Shown here: positions 26,649 through 39,924 of the stretch, in pieces
Position numbering within the stretch: position 1 is the first letter of the stretch
How the letters are laid out: the number at the start of each line of letters is the position of its first letter
NCBI RefSeq assembly: GCF_001194135.2
Contig: NC_068982.1
Span: 149,629,151 to 149,693,150, forward strand
Direction of reading: 5' to 3'
DNA: 64,000 nucleotides
DNA from: Octopus bimaculoides
Lineage: Eukaryota
Made by a program: the position numbers and the translations under genes
Notes under the pieces: generated by a model
Seen by the model: only the letters and a program-made list of their open reading frames with translations
Database searches by the model: none
What the model was told of the DNA's origin: nothing

Positions 26649-28019
26649 GTACATATGTTTGTTTGTATGTATGTATGCTTGTATGTATGCATACTACCAT
26701 GACACTTTAATATCCATTATTTTTGCAACAACTTTACCTTTTTTTAACTGTGAAATCACTGAAATGACTTTCACTTTTGAAAAAAGAACCAACTTAAAGC
26801 AGCAAGCTGGCAGAATTGTTAGTACGCTGGTCAAAATACCTAGTGATATTTCATCCATCTTTATGTTCTGAGTTCAAATTCCACTGAAGTCAACTTTGCC
26901 TTTCATTCTTTCAGGGTTGATAAAAAGAAGCCAGTTGAAGACTAAAGACAATGTAATCAACTTAACCCCTCCCCAAAATTTCTGGCCTTGTCCCAAAATT
27001 TGAAACTAATATAACAAAACTACCAATTCCAGCACCAAGCCACAGAGCAATTATTCCAATATCATGTTATCAGTTACAGTAATGATTTTCCTTTCCTAAA
27101 GAAAGGAGTGTACATAATTGATTTTATCATCCCTGAAATAGAATAAAATTTTATTTTAAATCGTTATTTTACCCTAATGTTTTCAGATGGAATACAATAT
27201 CAAAAGTAATAAATTCTAATTACAGTATGTTTATACACTATATAGCTTTTTTGTTTTTTTATTTAAAAAATGTGACTTTAATTAATTTGATGACTTTTTC
27301 AAAAAAAAAAAGCAAATAGTTTATGTTGAAATAAGTCTTTTCTTCACAGCATTTAACATGATTAGGGTGCCAATTACCAAGGGAGGTAACTCTATTATTG
27401 TTCTGAACTAAACCCTTTTTTCAATTATACATTTTTTTTTAATATCTCATTACATGAAACCTATATTTTTGTCGAAATTATATAAAAATCATTACAACTT
27501 TTAAATTAATTTAAACTATTGAGAACACAATAAAGACTGATTTATTTACTGGATCAATTGCTAAAAGAATTATAAAAGGTGGGAAAGGGAGAAGTGATGG
27601 TGTTAATCCTGTTTTGTTGAACAACACCAGTGCTCTAAAGGAAACTATTTCAACTGAGAATCAAGCAGTGGATTTTATTTGCCAACAATTAATCCTTGTA
27701 CTATAAACACTCACATCTCAGAAGTGGTGGACTTAATAATACAAAAAATATTTACTAATCCCATTCAGGAACCCATAAGCTTAAAGTGGATTATAGGTGT
27801 TGCATAGCTGTCCTTGTTCATAATTCAGTAGTTGATCAAAGAAAATACAAGGCAGTCAATTAACAGAGGTATTAGAGCATCAAATAAACTGACCGGCAGC
27901 ATTTATTTCAGCTTTCTGTTCTAAGATTTCAAATCTCACCAAGGTCAACTTTGCCTTTCTACCTTTCAGGGTCAATAAATAAAATGTCACTCCAATACTA
28001 ATGTTAATTCTCCCCCCAC

Positions 28020-28340
28020 CCACCTCTCTCTCTCTCATTCTATCTATTTATCTCTCTATCTCTCTGTCTCTCTCTTTCTTTCTCTCTCTCCTCTCTCTCC
28101 CTTTTCTTCTCTCCCTCTCCTTCTCTCCTTCTCTCCTTCTCTCCCTCTCTATCTATGTATCTCTCTATTCCTCTCTTTCTATCCCTCTTTCTATTCCTTT
28201 CCTTCTATCTATCTATATCTATCTCTACCTATCTCTCTCATCCTCTCTATTTACATCTAGCTCTATCGATCTCTCTCTCCTTCTCTCTCACTCTTTCTCC
28301 CTCTCTTTCTCTCTCTCCCTCTCCCCCCTTCTCTCTCGCT
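28020..28340. repeat. CT-rich low-complexity tract
   Basis: Degenerate (CT)n/(CTAT)n; source of the spurious L/S-rich ORFs at 28001 and 28155. Confidence 0.9.
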
Positions 28341-29789
28341 CTCCGACCCGGAAAAAGAGAGGCTCTCCTAGATTTATATTCCAAAGACTCAATATAAGTC
28401 ACAACAGCACTTCCTCAATTCCAGCAGAGGATGAAGACCGAAGACAAGACAAGACATAAATAGCACATCCAGTTTTGAAACAAAAAAAAAAAGTATGGCA
28501 AATATCTAAATTTGGTGCTGAATCCCACCCAAAGTAAGGATTTCCAGTAGAAGTAAACTATTTATGGCCTTACTTGTATACAAATATAAAGAGATGCAAA
28601 GATTGCTTTCACCATGAAAAAATTAAAATAAAGCATTGCATATTATTACATCACATTTCCAGTTGATCTGCAATTGTCTGGCTCTATTGGTGCATTGAAG
28701 TATCACTTTAAGCATCCGTTTTCTTTCATCTCCATTCCATTTCCTTTGGAATTAATAACTTCAGTCCTCATGTCTGTATTTTCGTTGGAATTTATTTTGT
28801 CGTGATTTGTGTGAATTTTAGTTTTTACTATTCAATCTGTTTCCTTTCCGTAGTACCTTGGGTGGGATGGGTATGAAGAGTATTGGATATTTGAATTGTC
28901 GGAGAAATTACTTTATTTTGGTTGGATGACATTCCTAACAGGAACTACTCAACTGTGAAATTGAGTCTGACATTTTATTTTCAACTAAGACGACTGAAGC
29001 TTGTAGAAATGGAAGGAAAGTTGGGTGGAGGGATGGATTGATGGAGGGAGGAGGGAAGGGGGAAGGAGGAAGTGATAGATGGATGGGTGGGTGGACAGTC
29101 AGATGGATGGATGGATGGAGGAATAGATGGATAGAGCTGTCAAGTCAAAACTGACTTCTAGTGACTCTGTGGGTTTCTACAAGGATTTCCTGGTACAAGG
29201 CAGAGGTTGTTTGCCATTATCTTCTTTTGAAATTTGGTTTTCTTCCAGGTTTAACTGAATCAGTACCTATTTACAGCTAAGTTGATAGGACCATTTTGTG
29301 AGTTAGCTGTTGTACCACTAATTCAATGCAATACTCAAGAGAGGATTTGAACTACTGACCTCTCACCTGAAGGTCTACCACACTATTCATGAGGCCAGCT
29401 ACACACCAAATCCTTTTGTCTACCAACTTTCACTCACAAAGCTTCGATCAATCTAAAGCTATAGCAGAAGACACTTGCTCAAGTTATCTGCAATGGGATC
29501 AAACTCAGAAACTCAGGGTTTTGAAGCAAACTCCTTAACCATGTAACCATGATACAGTAGAATAATATATTGCAGAAGAGACAACATAGAAGAGTTTTGT
29601 AATTTAGCCATAGGTCAGCAACAAACAAGCAAACCCTAAAGTATCCCAGTTATGACTATTATTCAAACAGTATTTCTAAGACTACATATTATTAAAGACA
29701 ACAAGATATGATATGAGGAGATTTCATGACCATTTCTAACAGATAATAGGCATGTAAAATCATGATCCAGTTGCACTGCTTACATAGAT

Positions 29790-30255
29790 TCTGGTGATTC
29801 TCTGTCACCATCCAATTCTATTGTTCACCATATTCGGCAGGTGAGAGGAATTGCAGTTTATGTTGTCACAAATCTGCTAGATATAGATCTTGGCTTGCCA
29901 CCCTTTGCTAGCTCTTCCTTGCGTTGGCCTCCAAAAATAACTTCACTGACAAATTCATCTTTAGCTCCCCAGCAATTCCATGCCAGTCTGACTCTACACT
30001 CTTTGATGATCTCTGATACTGGAAGAAGCTTCCCATGCAGTCACTCATTGGTCAGATGATCTCTTTCGGTGAGATACACAGCTACCCTTAGCATCGAGCT
30101 CTATCCAGTCTTCTTTTTAATTTTTTGAAGTAAGGGTCCATGCTGAGCAGCCATACAATTGAACAGTGGTAAGAGTTTCTTGAAAGAGGTTCCTTTTCAT
30201 GTTGTCTGGAAGTCTAGACTTCCACACTAGAGACAACTTGTTGATGACACTCCAA
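29790..30255 (-). mobile_element. RTE-type LINE 3' end (second family), decayed
   Basis: Minus strand: LSLVWKSRLPDNMKRNLFQETLTTVQLYGCSAWTLTS, then across frameshifts PVSEIIKECRVRLAWNCWGAKDEFVSEVIF. Confidence 0.75.
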
Positions 30256-30579
30256 AAGAGATAGTTTATCACAATTGATTGCTTACAGGGTGCTTTATCA
30301 TGTTAACTTACAGTCATTAGTGTTTAATATGTTTCCTTAAAAACATTTCGTAAACTACAATTGTAAATTATTAAATATAATGCTAGAACGTATTTCATGT
30401 TTCCAGAATAATGCATTATGGATGAATAGCTTTTGAGCTATAATATTAGTCTATTGTAAATTTGTTTATTTGTTTGTTTCTGTTGGTTGATCTGTTTTTG
30501 GCATTTTGTTTGATTTCCTTCATATGAACTAATACCAGTTTTCACCTTCATAAACAGAAATACTTGAAGCAAACATGAA

Positions 30580-31050
30580 GTAAACATGTCCAAAGACGCA
30601 GGCAATGTTAACACTGAAGTCTATTGAATTCAGACAGATGTAGTACAGTTACCAGTCAAGGACAACCTAAGGGTTAGTCAATTGACTTATGAATCCACTT
30701 CACTATAAAAAGTACTTTTGTGTTTATTTATTTATTTTTAAAATGATTCAACTGTCTGGGAGGCTCCCTAGAAACAGTAAACAGTTTCTGTTACCTAGGT
30801 GATCTTATCAGCAGCAGAGGAAACTGTTGTGAAAGCACAGCAACCAGAGTAAGGATAGTTAATGAAGGGCTTCTTTCTGTGGGTGAAGGGTAGATTGTAT
30901 GTGAAGTGCAATATTGCCTGGTAACAAGACATTGGCATTGAATCCTCAAATATCAAGAATTTTGGAGAAGAAAACAGAGGACAATGCGAGATGCTATACT
31001 AAAGCAGACCTAGTTAGCTGATGCTAGCATTGAAAAACTGATGTAAAAAA
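30580..31050 (+). mobile_element. RTE LINE internal fragment, decayed
   Basis: GGSLETVNSFCYLGDLISSRGNCCES...RVRI matches the RTE post-RT block; a similar block lies at 35950-36300. Confidence 0.7.
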
Positions 31051-31289
31051 ATGATGATGATGATGATGACAACGATAGTGGTAGCAGCAATGTTAGTAGC
31101 TGTGATGGTTGGTAGTATGGCAGTGGTGGTGGTGGTGGTGGCAATTGTGATAGCAGCAGTGGTGCTAAAATTTTACAATACAGTGTCTAATACAACATAT
31201 AGTTCTGTGCACTCATTCCACATACTAGAGACTACAAAAGGAAACTGGATACAATGTGGGAATAAAGAAAGAGTGACCGAAGAATAATA

Positions 31290-32537
31290 AACCAAACTAA
31301 GAAAATATGACAATCCAAACTCTTCTCTTACAAGACAATATCCCAGAATGCATATGCAGTACCAGTATTGATTCCAACATTTGGGGTATATGACTGGTCT
31401 GTAAAATAAATGCGCTCCATAGACATTAAAACCTGCAAGATTCTAAAATCAACTGGGAATCTCTACAAAAATAGCGATATCAACAGGTTCTACCTAAGAA
31501 GAGATAAAGGAGGTAGGGGCTTGTGATCAGTGCAGACAGCCTTTGAGTGTCGCATAGTTTCTCTCTCAGTCAGTAACTTACAAAAATAAATACATTAACT
31601 TTGTTGAAAAGAAGAAAACAACATCCTACATGTTGGAAGTGAGCTCTGCAGGAAATACTCTTTTCCTGGTGACCTCCCATACAACCCCAAATCAGCCGGA
31701 CTAGCATACCTCAAAGAAGACCTGGAAATGAAACACTCAACATACCAAAAAGAAGACCATGCATGGGTATGTTTCTTGAAGACTTGAATAGGACAGTAAT
31801 ATTGACATGAAGCAAAGCCTGTCTTGGACTTGTGACTACTACATCACACTTCAAAGGCTATGCATTTGCAGTCCAAGAACTGGAGATTGCTGCTAAATAC
31901 CTAATCAACAAAAGAGACAGTGAAGCCTTTGTAGTTCCAAGATGCAACCGTAAATGTAGATTGTGACATATTTCTGTGAAAGACATCACACATGGGATTA
32001 GCAGCTGCCCAAAAATGTCATCAAGGTACAACCTCCCTATGCAACATGACGTTGTCACAAAAACAATATACAATGCTATTTGGAAAAAGGCTGTCCTAGT
32101 ATTAATATAGAGAACCCCCTGTTATTGAATACATACGCAAATACCAGTACAAGGAATACTGGTGGAACATTCCCATCAAAACATTGTCAAGTATAAGCAT
32201 AACAGGTCAGATATTGATGTTTGGAACAGACAAGAATAAGTATGTGCCATCATAGAGGTCAGCTGTCCTGCTCACGTGAATATCTCTTTGAAAATCAAAA
32301 GGAAAGATGGTAACTATGGACAACTGCTTCAAAACCTCCAGTTTCTATATCCGAATTACAAATTCATATTTATACCAATAATAATTGGAGCGTTTTGTAA
32401 GTAAATACCTGACTGTCACTCTGGATCAGCTTGAATTTTCAGAAAAATATGTCAACCAACTGAACCACACATTACAAATACAATCTGTAAGTGGAGCAGT
32501 AAAACTATGCAAAACTTTTTTCAGGTTTAAAAAGTGA
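31290..32537 (+). mobile_element. R4/Dong-like RLE LINE 3' half including restriction-like endonuclease
   Basis: NAYAVPVLIPTFG, NSDINRFYLRRDKGGRGL, FAVQELEIAAKYL, CNRKCRL...HGISSCPKMS, HDVVTKTIY, HNRSDI, IEVSCP and FIPIIIGA. Homologous to 25150-26190. Confidence 0.88.
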
Positions 32538-32848
32538 CATTGTTTTCATTATCTACATTCCAAAGTTTTGTATCTTTGTTAGAAACTAGCTCCTTCTTCA
32601 GAGGAAGAATTTAAATGATTAAATACAAAAGAGACGCATACATACACATATACATACATAAATACATACATGTGTGTGTGTGTGTGTGTGTTTGTGTGCA
32701 TAGTATACAAAGACATCAAAAATAAAACTATTTCTTTTAACATTCTATATGATGTAAAACATTGGAAAAATCTGTGAGAACAACCTGGGTACAAATAAAA
32801 AAAATAATAGGAAGATTCTTCACCTGCTTCATGTAACTGCACAATATT

Positions 32849-33270
32849 CTTTTCTACTCTAAGCACAAGGCTTTGGGTGAGGGGACCCAAATTAGATCGA
32901 CTCCAGTTCACAACTGGTACTTAATTTATCGACCCTGAAAGGATGAAAGGCAAAATCGACCTTGACGGAATTTGAACTCAGAACCTAAAGACAGACAAAA
33001 TACCACTAAGCATTTCACCCGGCGCGCTAACGTTTCTTATTTCTTTATTGCCCACAAGGGGCTAAACATAGAGGGGACAAACAAGGACAGACAAATGGAT
33101 TAAGTCAATTACATCGACCCCAGTGCGTAACTGGTACTTAATTTATCAACCCCAAAAGGATGAAAGGCGAAGTCTACCTCGGCGGAATTTGAACTCAGAA
33201 CCTAAAGACAAACAAAATACCACGAAGCATTTCGCCCGGCATGCTAATGTTTCTGCCAGCTCACCACCTT
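32849..33270 (-). mobile_element. Composite (dimeric) family A SINE with 17-bp TSD
   Basis: Two head/body units in tandem. tgtaactgcacaatatt is duplicated at 32832-32848 and 33271-33287. Confidence 0.85.
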
Positions 33271-34095
33271 TGTAACTGCACAATATTTCTTAATAAATTT
33301 ATTTTTGTTAATCACTTTAATTTGAACAGAAAAGTAGTGGTCCATATTGTCAAGTATCAATTTTATAAACGACAGAGTTATTCCGCAGAAAAGAATTTCC
33401 CAAAGAAGGAACATGTTTAAAAATCTTTTCCTTGTTTTTTTTTTCCTTTATTTTTCATGGGGGAAGGGGACATGCTAACTGTATTTGCCTTTTTTTTTAA
33501 TTATAAAATCCATATTTTATATATTTTTATGCTTTCTGTTCAAAATTTAAGAACACTTTCTCACTCATAATACAAATGAAATAAACACAGCAAGAAGACT
33601 GTTAAAATGGTTAAATTCAAACAGAAAGACCAAGAGTAGTGGGCCTGCTGAAGTACTCTTAGACATTTTATCAGCTGCTGCCATGCCATAGATCTTCGCG
33701 CACAAAGTTAAGTGTGGCTACACAACGATAACAACAACAACAACAACAATGAATGAACATGTACAGTTCATCAACATTTGATATACAACTGAAAGGAAAT
33801 ATGAGAAGATCAAAAGAGTAAAGATAAAAACAAGAAAAAAAACAGTCAAGAAAACATCTAATAAAAAGAATGAAGAATACTGAGAGCAAAGAAGAAAAAG
33901 AGATTAAAGAATATTCAACTACTAATTTTCTTTCCTATAAATTATCATAAAAGAGCCAAATATTATTGACCATGTTTTTGTTTTTTGTTGATTTCTTTTA
34001 TTTTTGTTGTTTTTTTTCTCTTTATTTTTCTTTTTTTTTTTATCTTGCAATTCTTCTTCAACTCTGAAAACCAGTAAGATTCAATAGATTTACAG

Positions 34096-34149
34096 GGTGA
34101 AATGGCGGGGAAAAGATAGTATGACCCACCAACTGCATAATAGCTGCAG
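34096..34149 (+). other. Candidate 54-nt spliced exon (function unknown)
   Basis: atttacag|G acceptor and CAG|gtaagt consensus donor in repeat-free sequence. One frame is open (VKWRGKDSMTHQLHNSC). Confidence 0.3.
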
Positions 34150-34424
34150 GTAAGTATTGCAAGTAATCAATACTTATTGCTATAATTAGCTTACCCTGTC
34201 AGTATTGAAATACCAGCTACACTAACAAAAACAACAACATGCCCTGACTGTAATTCTGTATGGCACACTCTCAAGCATTCTGTGATGTAGTGTGCTATGA
34301 ATGTCTACCAGATGAAAAGAGTACTGTTAGAATACAGGATCTATGGGTCATTTACTAAAATCTTTTGCTGAATTTAGGTCAGCTAAAATAGACTTAAGAA
34401 CAACTAAAATGATATTGCTACAGG

Positions 34425-34599
34425 CACAGGTGTGGCTGTGTGATTAAGAGACTTCCTTCCCAGTCGTGTGGTCTTGAGTTCAGTTCCATTACACAGCACC
34501 TTGGGCAAGTGTCTGTTATTGTAGCCCTGGGCCCACCAAAGCTTTGTGAGTGGATTTGATAGGCAAAAACTGTAAGAAGCCCATTATAGATCAATCAGT

Positions 34600-34653
<54 letters not shown>

Positions 34654-34880
34654 GCAGACAGACAGAATGATAGATGTGTATGTATATTTGTGTGTGTGTG
34701 TGTGTGTGTGTGTGTCTGTCTGTGTGTGTCTGCAAGTGTCTGCTATTGTAGCCCTTGGCCTACCAAAGCTTTGTGAGTGGATTTGATAGGCAAAAACTGT
34801 AAGAAGCCCATCATAGATCAATCAGTAGATAGATAGACAGACAGAGGCAGGCAGATAGACAGACAGAATGATAGATGTGT
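34425..34880 (+). mobile_element. Family B SINE 5' half with local tandem duplication
   Basis: A unit starting aagtgtctgYtattgtagccc occurs at about 34507 and 34734 with near-identical following sequence. Confidence 0.8.
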
Positions 34881-35079
34881 ATGTATATTTGTGTGTATGT
34901 GTGTGTGTGTGTATGTGTGTGTGCATGTGCATGTGTGTGTGTGTGTGTTTTTGTGTACCTCTGTTTTGATATCATGCAATTGTGTAAACAAGCATCACTG
35001 TCATCCAAGCCATGTTGCTTGTTTCCAGTCTTCTGTGGAAAACATCTGGTTATAGAAAAATATTACCCTGTTGGAAATA

Positions 35080-35731
35080 CTGTAAAAACCTATACAATTT
35101 GCACACCTGCGTAAATTACACAGGTGATTTTCAGGATAAAATTTGTCAAAAAAAGCTTCTACTCATGAAAAATTCGTACCCAAACATTTTCAGAATTGCC
35201 AATATGGCCAGGGGGAAAAGGTTTTCAATTTAGTTGTATTTAGCATAATTTCACTAACTTATGATTAGAATTTAGTAAATTTTCATAAAATAAAAATAAT
35301 TTCTGTTTATCAGGTTTCACATTAAAAGCTATTAAATTAGAAAGTGTTTGTGTTGTTTATAATAAACTTTATTTCATATTTCTTGCCCACAAGAGATTAT
35401 GTCCGATCTTTAGTATACTACTGTATGTCTTCATAAATCATGATCACAGGGAAAGTTATTGATAAGAATTATCAACAAAAACAAAACTGATAAATATGCA
35501 CAGGTGTTGCAAATTAGGTTTAATTACCAATAAAGATTAATGGTTTTAGTAAATTTATACAGAAAAAGTAAGCAACTTCCAGTATGAATGTTTACATTTT
35601 GTATGTCTTTTTTCAACAAAAAATGATTTCTAAACAAATTCTGAAAATGATCTACTCATGTAATTTATGCACCCCTAAAATTTATTTTTATTTTTGTGAA
35701 AAAAATGTGTAAATTACATGGGTTTTTATGG
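35080..35731. mobile_element. pogo/Tigger-like non-autonomous element (TA TSD)
   Basis: TA|CTGTAAAAACCTATACAATTTGCACAC versus reverse-complemented right end TA|CCATAAAAACCCATGTAATTTACACA, plus a subterminal repeat (TAAATTACA...ATTTTCAG) at both ends. Confidence 0.55.
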
Positions 35732-35949
35732 TACATGAAAATTGGCAACAGGAAGGGCATTCATCCAGTCATAGAAAAATCTGCTTCAGCAAATTCCATC
35801 TGACACATGCAAGCATGGAGAAAGGGGTGTTAAATGATGATGAATGTCAGCTATATCATGTGACAGCATGGCAAACCACAACACAGGCCTCCCACTAATC
35901 ATTATGTTCAACCATTTCTCCCCCAAACAACCACCCCTTAAAGGAGATG

Positions 35950-36300
35950 CAGTAGAAAAAACAGGCAGATTAACAGAGAAAGTAAGTTTCATATGTGACA
36001 GATACACTGGAGCAGTACAAAACATGAACACAGTGGAAATAGATTCTCTTAGATACCTGGATGTCACACAAGTAGTCAGCAGCTTTTGTTACCTTGGTGA
36101 TATAATTAACAGGAGAGGTGATAGCTCTGAAAGTATAATAGCCAGGGTATGAACGGCTGGAAAAAGTTCAGGTTTAGTTTCTACCACTGTTGGTAACAAG
36201 GGTCTTTTCTCTCAGAGGGAAGATTGTGCGATGCTTGTGTTAGAACTGGAGCATTGCAAGGTACTGAGGCATGGGCTCTGAATGTAGAAAACTTAGGAAA
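35950..36300 (+). mobile_element. RTE LINE internal fragment
   Basis: VVSSFCYLGDIINRRGDSSESIIARV in ORF 35844-36152. Confidence 0.75.
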
Positions 36301-37247
36301 ACTGGGCTCTGAATGTAAAAAACTTAAGAAACTGGAACCACACAGCTACGCCTGGATCTATTTATAATTTATAAATGTTTTTTCTTTATGCCACTTGGTA
36401 GTCAGTGAAGGTAAGAAATAGGTATAGATCCTTCGGTTATAAGATCTTTAAAAATAGGGCTTTATACACGCCACAGAGTCTGGAAAACTGGCTTTATAAG
36501 CCTATAGTTCATAAGGTCAGTTTCCCAAATTCTGAGGCATATATTTTTCCCCACTGGACAGGATGCCAGTCCATCACAGGATCATTCATTTTTACCAGCT
36601 GAGTGAACTGGAGCAACATTAAATGATTTATTTTGCTCCTGTACACAATATGTCACCCAGTCCAGGAATCGAGACTACATGAGTGCAACACCCCTAACCA
36701 CTCAGTCATGCAGTTCAATGTTACCAAATCTAATCACTGCAAAAGGTGTTGGACTATAGTATCCAAAATAGCAGTCGCATAACAAAGTCATTAGCTTTTA
36801 TATCAGAATCAGGCCAGAATCCATGGAAGCTTGGGGAGGAGGGGAGTCTACGTCAGTAAAATATCTGTGGTGAAGTTTTTGAGAGTTTAGATAAAAATTT
36901 TCATATTATAGGAACAAAATGATATTGATACTGCTGAAAGAGTGAGAACAAAAAGTATTTTTACTTTTCAAAAGAATGCTTTTTTCTTTCTCAGAGGAAG
37001 GATCAGTCACAAAACATTAATACCCTCTTCTCCCCATGGCATACCAATTCATCCAAGCTCATGATTTTCTCTATAGAATTAAAATAGCCATGTTAATGAC
37101 AAAAGCTACCAAACTTTCCAAGCACCTGCTGGACAGGAAATTAGATGCAACATACCCAGATTGCTAAATTTTATTGTTATGTAAGTATTGCATGACAAAG
37201 TGAGAAATGTGTATGTGTGTGTTTATTGACGTGTATCTGTTGTATGT

Positions 37248-37328
<81 letters not shown>

Positions 37329-37552
37329 CTTGAGCATATGTGTGTATGTGTATTTCTTTATGTTCAAGACCAGACTGAAGACTGGTATACCTGGTGTTCA
37401 GACTCTATTGGACTCATCCAAACTTTTGATCATTCACCTTCCTGCAGAGATGACTGGCGCTACTCAACAACAGTTGTAAAAACAGTAATAATAACAGCAC
37501 CATCAACAACAACAGCAGCAGCAGCAGCTACAACAGCAGCAGCAGCAGCAAG

Positions 37553-37584
<32 letters not shown>

Positions 37585-37920
37585 AAAGACCAATGTTGCC
37601 AGATGGAAGGATTAAACTCCTGCTAACGGAATAAATCAATACAGAATTATTTGAATATTGAAATAAGTTGTAGACTTGAGGCATAAACTAATATCTACCT
37701 GAACCATAAAATAATTGGAACCACTCCAAACACCAAACTAACTGGCACAGCACCAGATATATTCTCTGTTGCACTAAACTTTACTTTTTTATTTTAATGG
37801 TTTAGTCAGTAAAGGAAGGGCAATACATATGACCCCTTTTATAACCTTCAGAAAATGGTGAAAAAAAAGAAGGAATTTATCTACAGACAGACACATACAA
37901 GTGGCTAGTGGTGGTGTTAA

Positions 37921-38139
37921 CCCTTTAGCTTTCAGATAACTCCGTCAAATGTAATGCCTGTTTATTCACAATGTTTTCAGTTACTCATGTATTATGTTGT
38001 AGCTACAAGATTTCAATGAAGTGATTGTTTATTTTTAGAATGACATTGTAGGGTAGGTGTGAGAGGATGGATCTGCTAGTTTTGGCATTAAACAGGTAGA
38101 ATATTTGTGCCAAATATGGTCAATTTAAATTCTAATGGA
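37921..38139. mobile_element. piggyBac-like MITE, 219 bp
   Basis: TTAA at 37917-37920 and 38140-38143. Left end CCCTTTAGC, right end TCTAATGGA (degenerate inverted repeat). Confidence 0.65.
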
Positions 38140-39361
38140 TTAAACCCGGCAATGAAATAATTATGTTATTTTTTTCACTATATTACACCATATTTTGCCA
38201 CATTATTCTTCTGAGCTACATAATTACACTGTATTACACAAAATTCTCTACAGTATCTGACAACTATTATACTCTGTTTCAAGCTGTCCCTCTTTCAAGT
38301 TAATTACTTAATATTTTCACAGGACCAAATTCAGAGGTACATTCACCTAATACTTAACTTTGTGCTGTGTGTAATGTCAAGGATACAAGAAACAAACATC
38401 CAACTTGCTCTTCATAGGATGCCTGATGATCACAAATAATTTTGCTACTAATGTTACTTTTCCCAAAAACTAGTTGAACTAACATGTATAAAATAAAATG
38501 TTCCTTTTCAGAGATACACTAAAATATTTCTTGAGATAGTAGCCCAGCAAGAAGCCCAATGCTCTGTCCATCTGGTCATTTCACCTCTCACTGGCTTCAT
38601 AAGTCTATTTTTCAAAAGCAAAAGTGAAGCGGTTACATAATATCAAATATGGTTAATTATAATTAATAAGAACACTTCATCATTTTGTAATTTTTCATGT
38701 TTCAACAATCTCATAGAAAGAATTATTTGAATTTTCACGATCAGAAGTGACCAGTAATAAAGGTTCTGCTTTGTTGATTTCAGAGGGTATTCATGTCTTT
38801 CCTTTAAATATTGGCAAAACAAGAGAAATAAATACCTTTTGGAATCAAACTCATTCATAAAGTATTTATTCTTTTCTTCATTACCTTTCCTTTACAGTGT
38901 TTAAGAGAAAACATCTTCATAGTCATTCAACATATGAGACATAACAGCCAAATCTTGCACAACTACTTCTAAAATAAAAGGACCCATTAGATACATTGTA
39001 CCTGAAAAAGACAAGATGGTCATGGCTGGAATATCTTTGATCACAAGTCTATTTGATCAGAGCTGATCTGGGGCTAAACAACAGCAACAACAGTGATCGG
39101 TTGTAAGGTAATTAATTACCTGAAATACCTTGGCTTCAACACAAAGCCACAAAATTTTGTTGAGCAGGAACAAGCAGTCAAATCAACCCTAGTACTTAAC
39201 TGGTAATTTATTTATTGATTCTTGAAAGACAAAATAGGGAAAAGTAGAATAATGTTAGGGACATCTCTAGACCAGTAAGTCCTGAGGATCCAGGAGCATA
39301 CCCTGTGAGCCATGTCCACTTTGTTATTTATGTAAGCACTCCAGCTTATTTATTATTATTA

Positions 39362-39396
<35 letters not shown>

Positions 39397-39871
39397 GAGT
39401 GAGAGAGCAGTGCATGCCATCAAAGTGACACTGGAGTACAAATATACGAAGCCCAGTATACCCATCATGACTACCCATCTGATAAGGGTACACCAGGCAC
39501 AACCATATGTGCGCGGAAGAGTAGCCCATCCCACTCAAAAGGTCCTTGAATAAAGGTTGTTTGAGGATGTCGAACAAAATACCCATGTTATTATTATTCA
39601 AACCCCAAAGGATTCCTCTCAACACATGACTATGATGCTCCTCCACTACTTCTGCTAGTGATCAGAGATGCACATATTGTCAGCCACCAAAGGACGCGCT
39701 CAACTGGTTATGGTCAAACAACTGACAAGCAAATCTGTGGTATTGAGCGGAATATTTGTTGTAGCCCATCTTTTATGCCAAGACAAAACAATGTACATGA
39801 TAGCACCTCCAATCAGTTAAGATCAGAAGCCATGAGAACCACTGCCTGGCACTGCATCAAGGCAGTTATTA

Positions 39872-39924
<53 letters not shown>

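Noticed and set aside
36912-36941. 30-nt micro-exon candidate EQNDIDTAER (tattatag|...|gtgaga)
   Set aside because: Plausible signals, but such short matches are expected by chance in AT-rich DNA, and no compatible neighbouring exon was found.
38886-39000. Minus-strand exon candidate GTMYLMGPFILEVVVQDLAVMSHMLNDYEDVFS
   Set aside because: The acceptor lies inside a dispersed repeat also seen near 10190 and 12885, and all frames stop before the donor.
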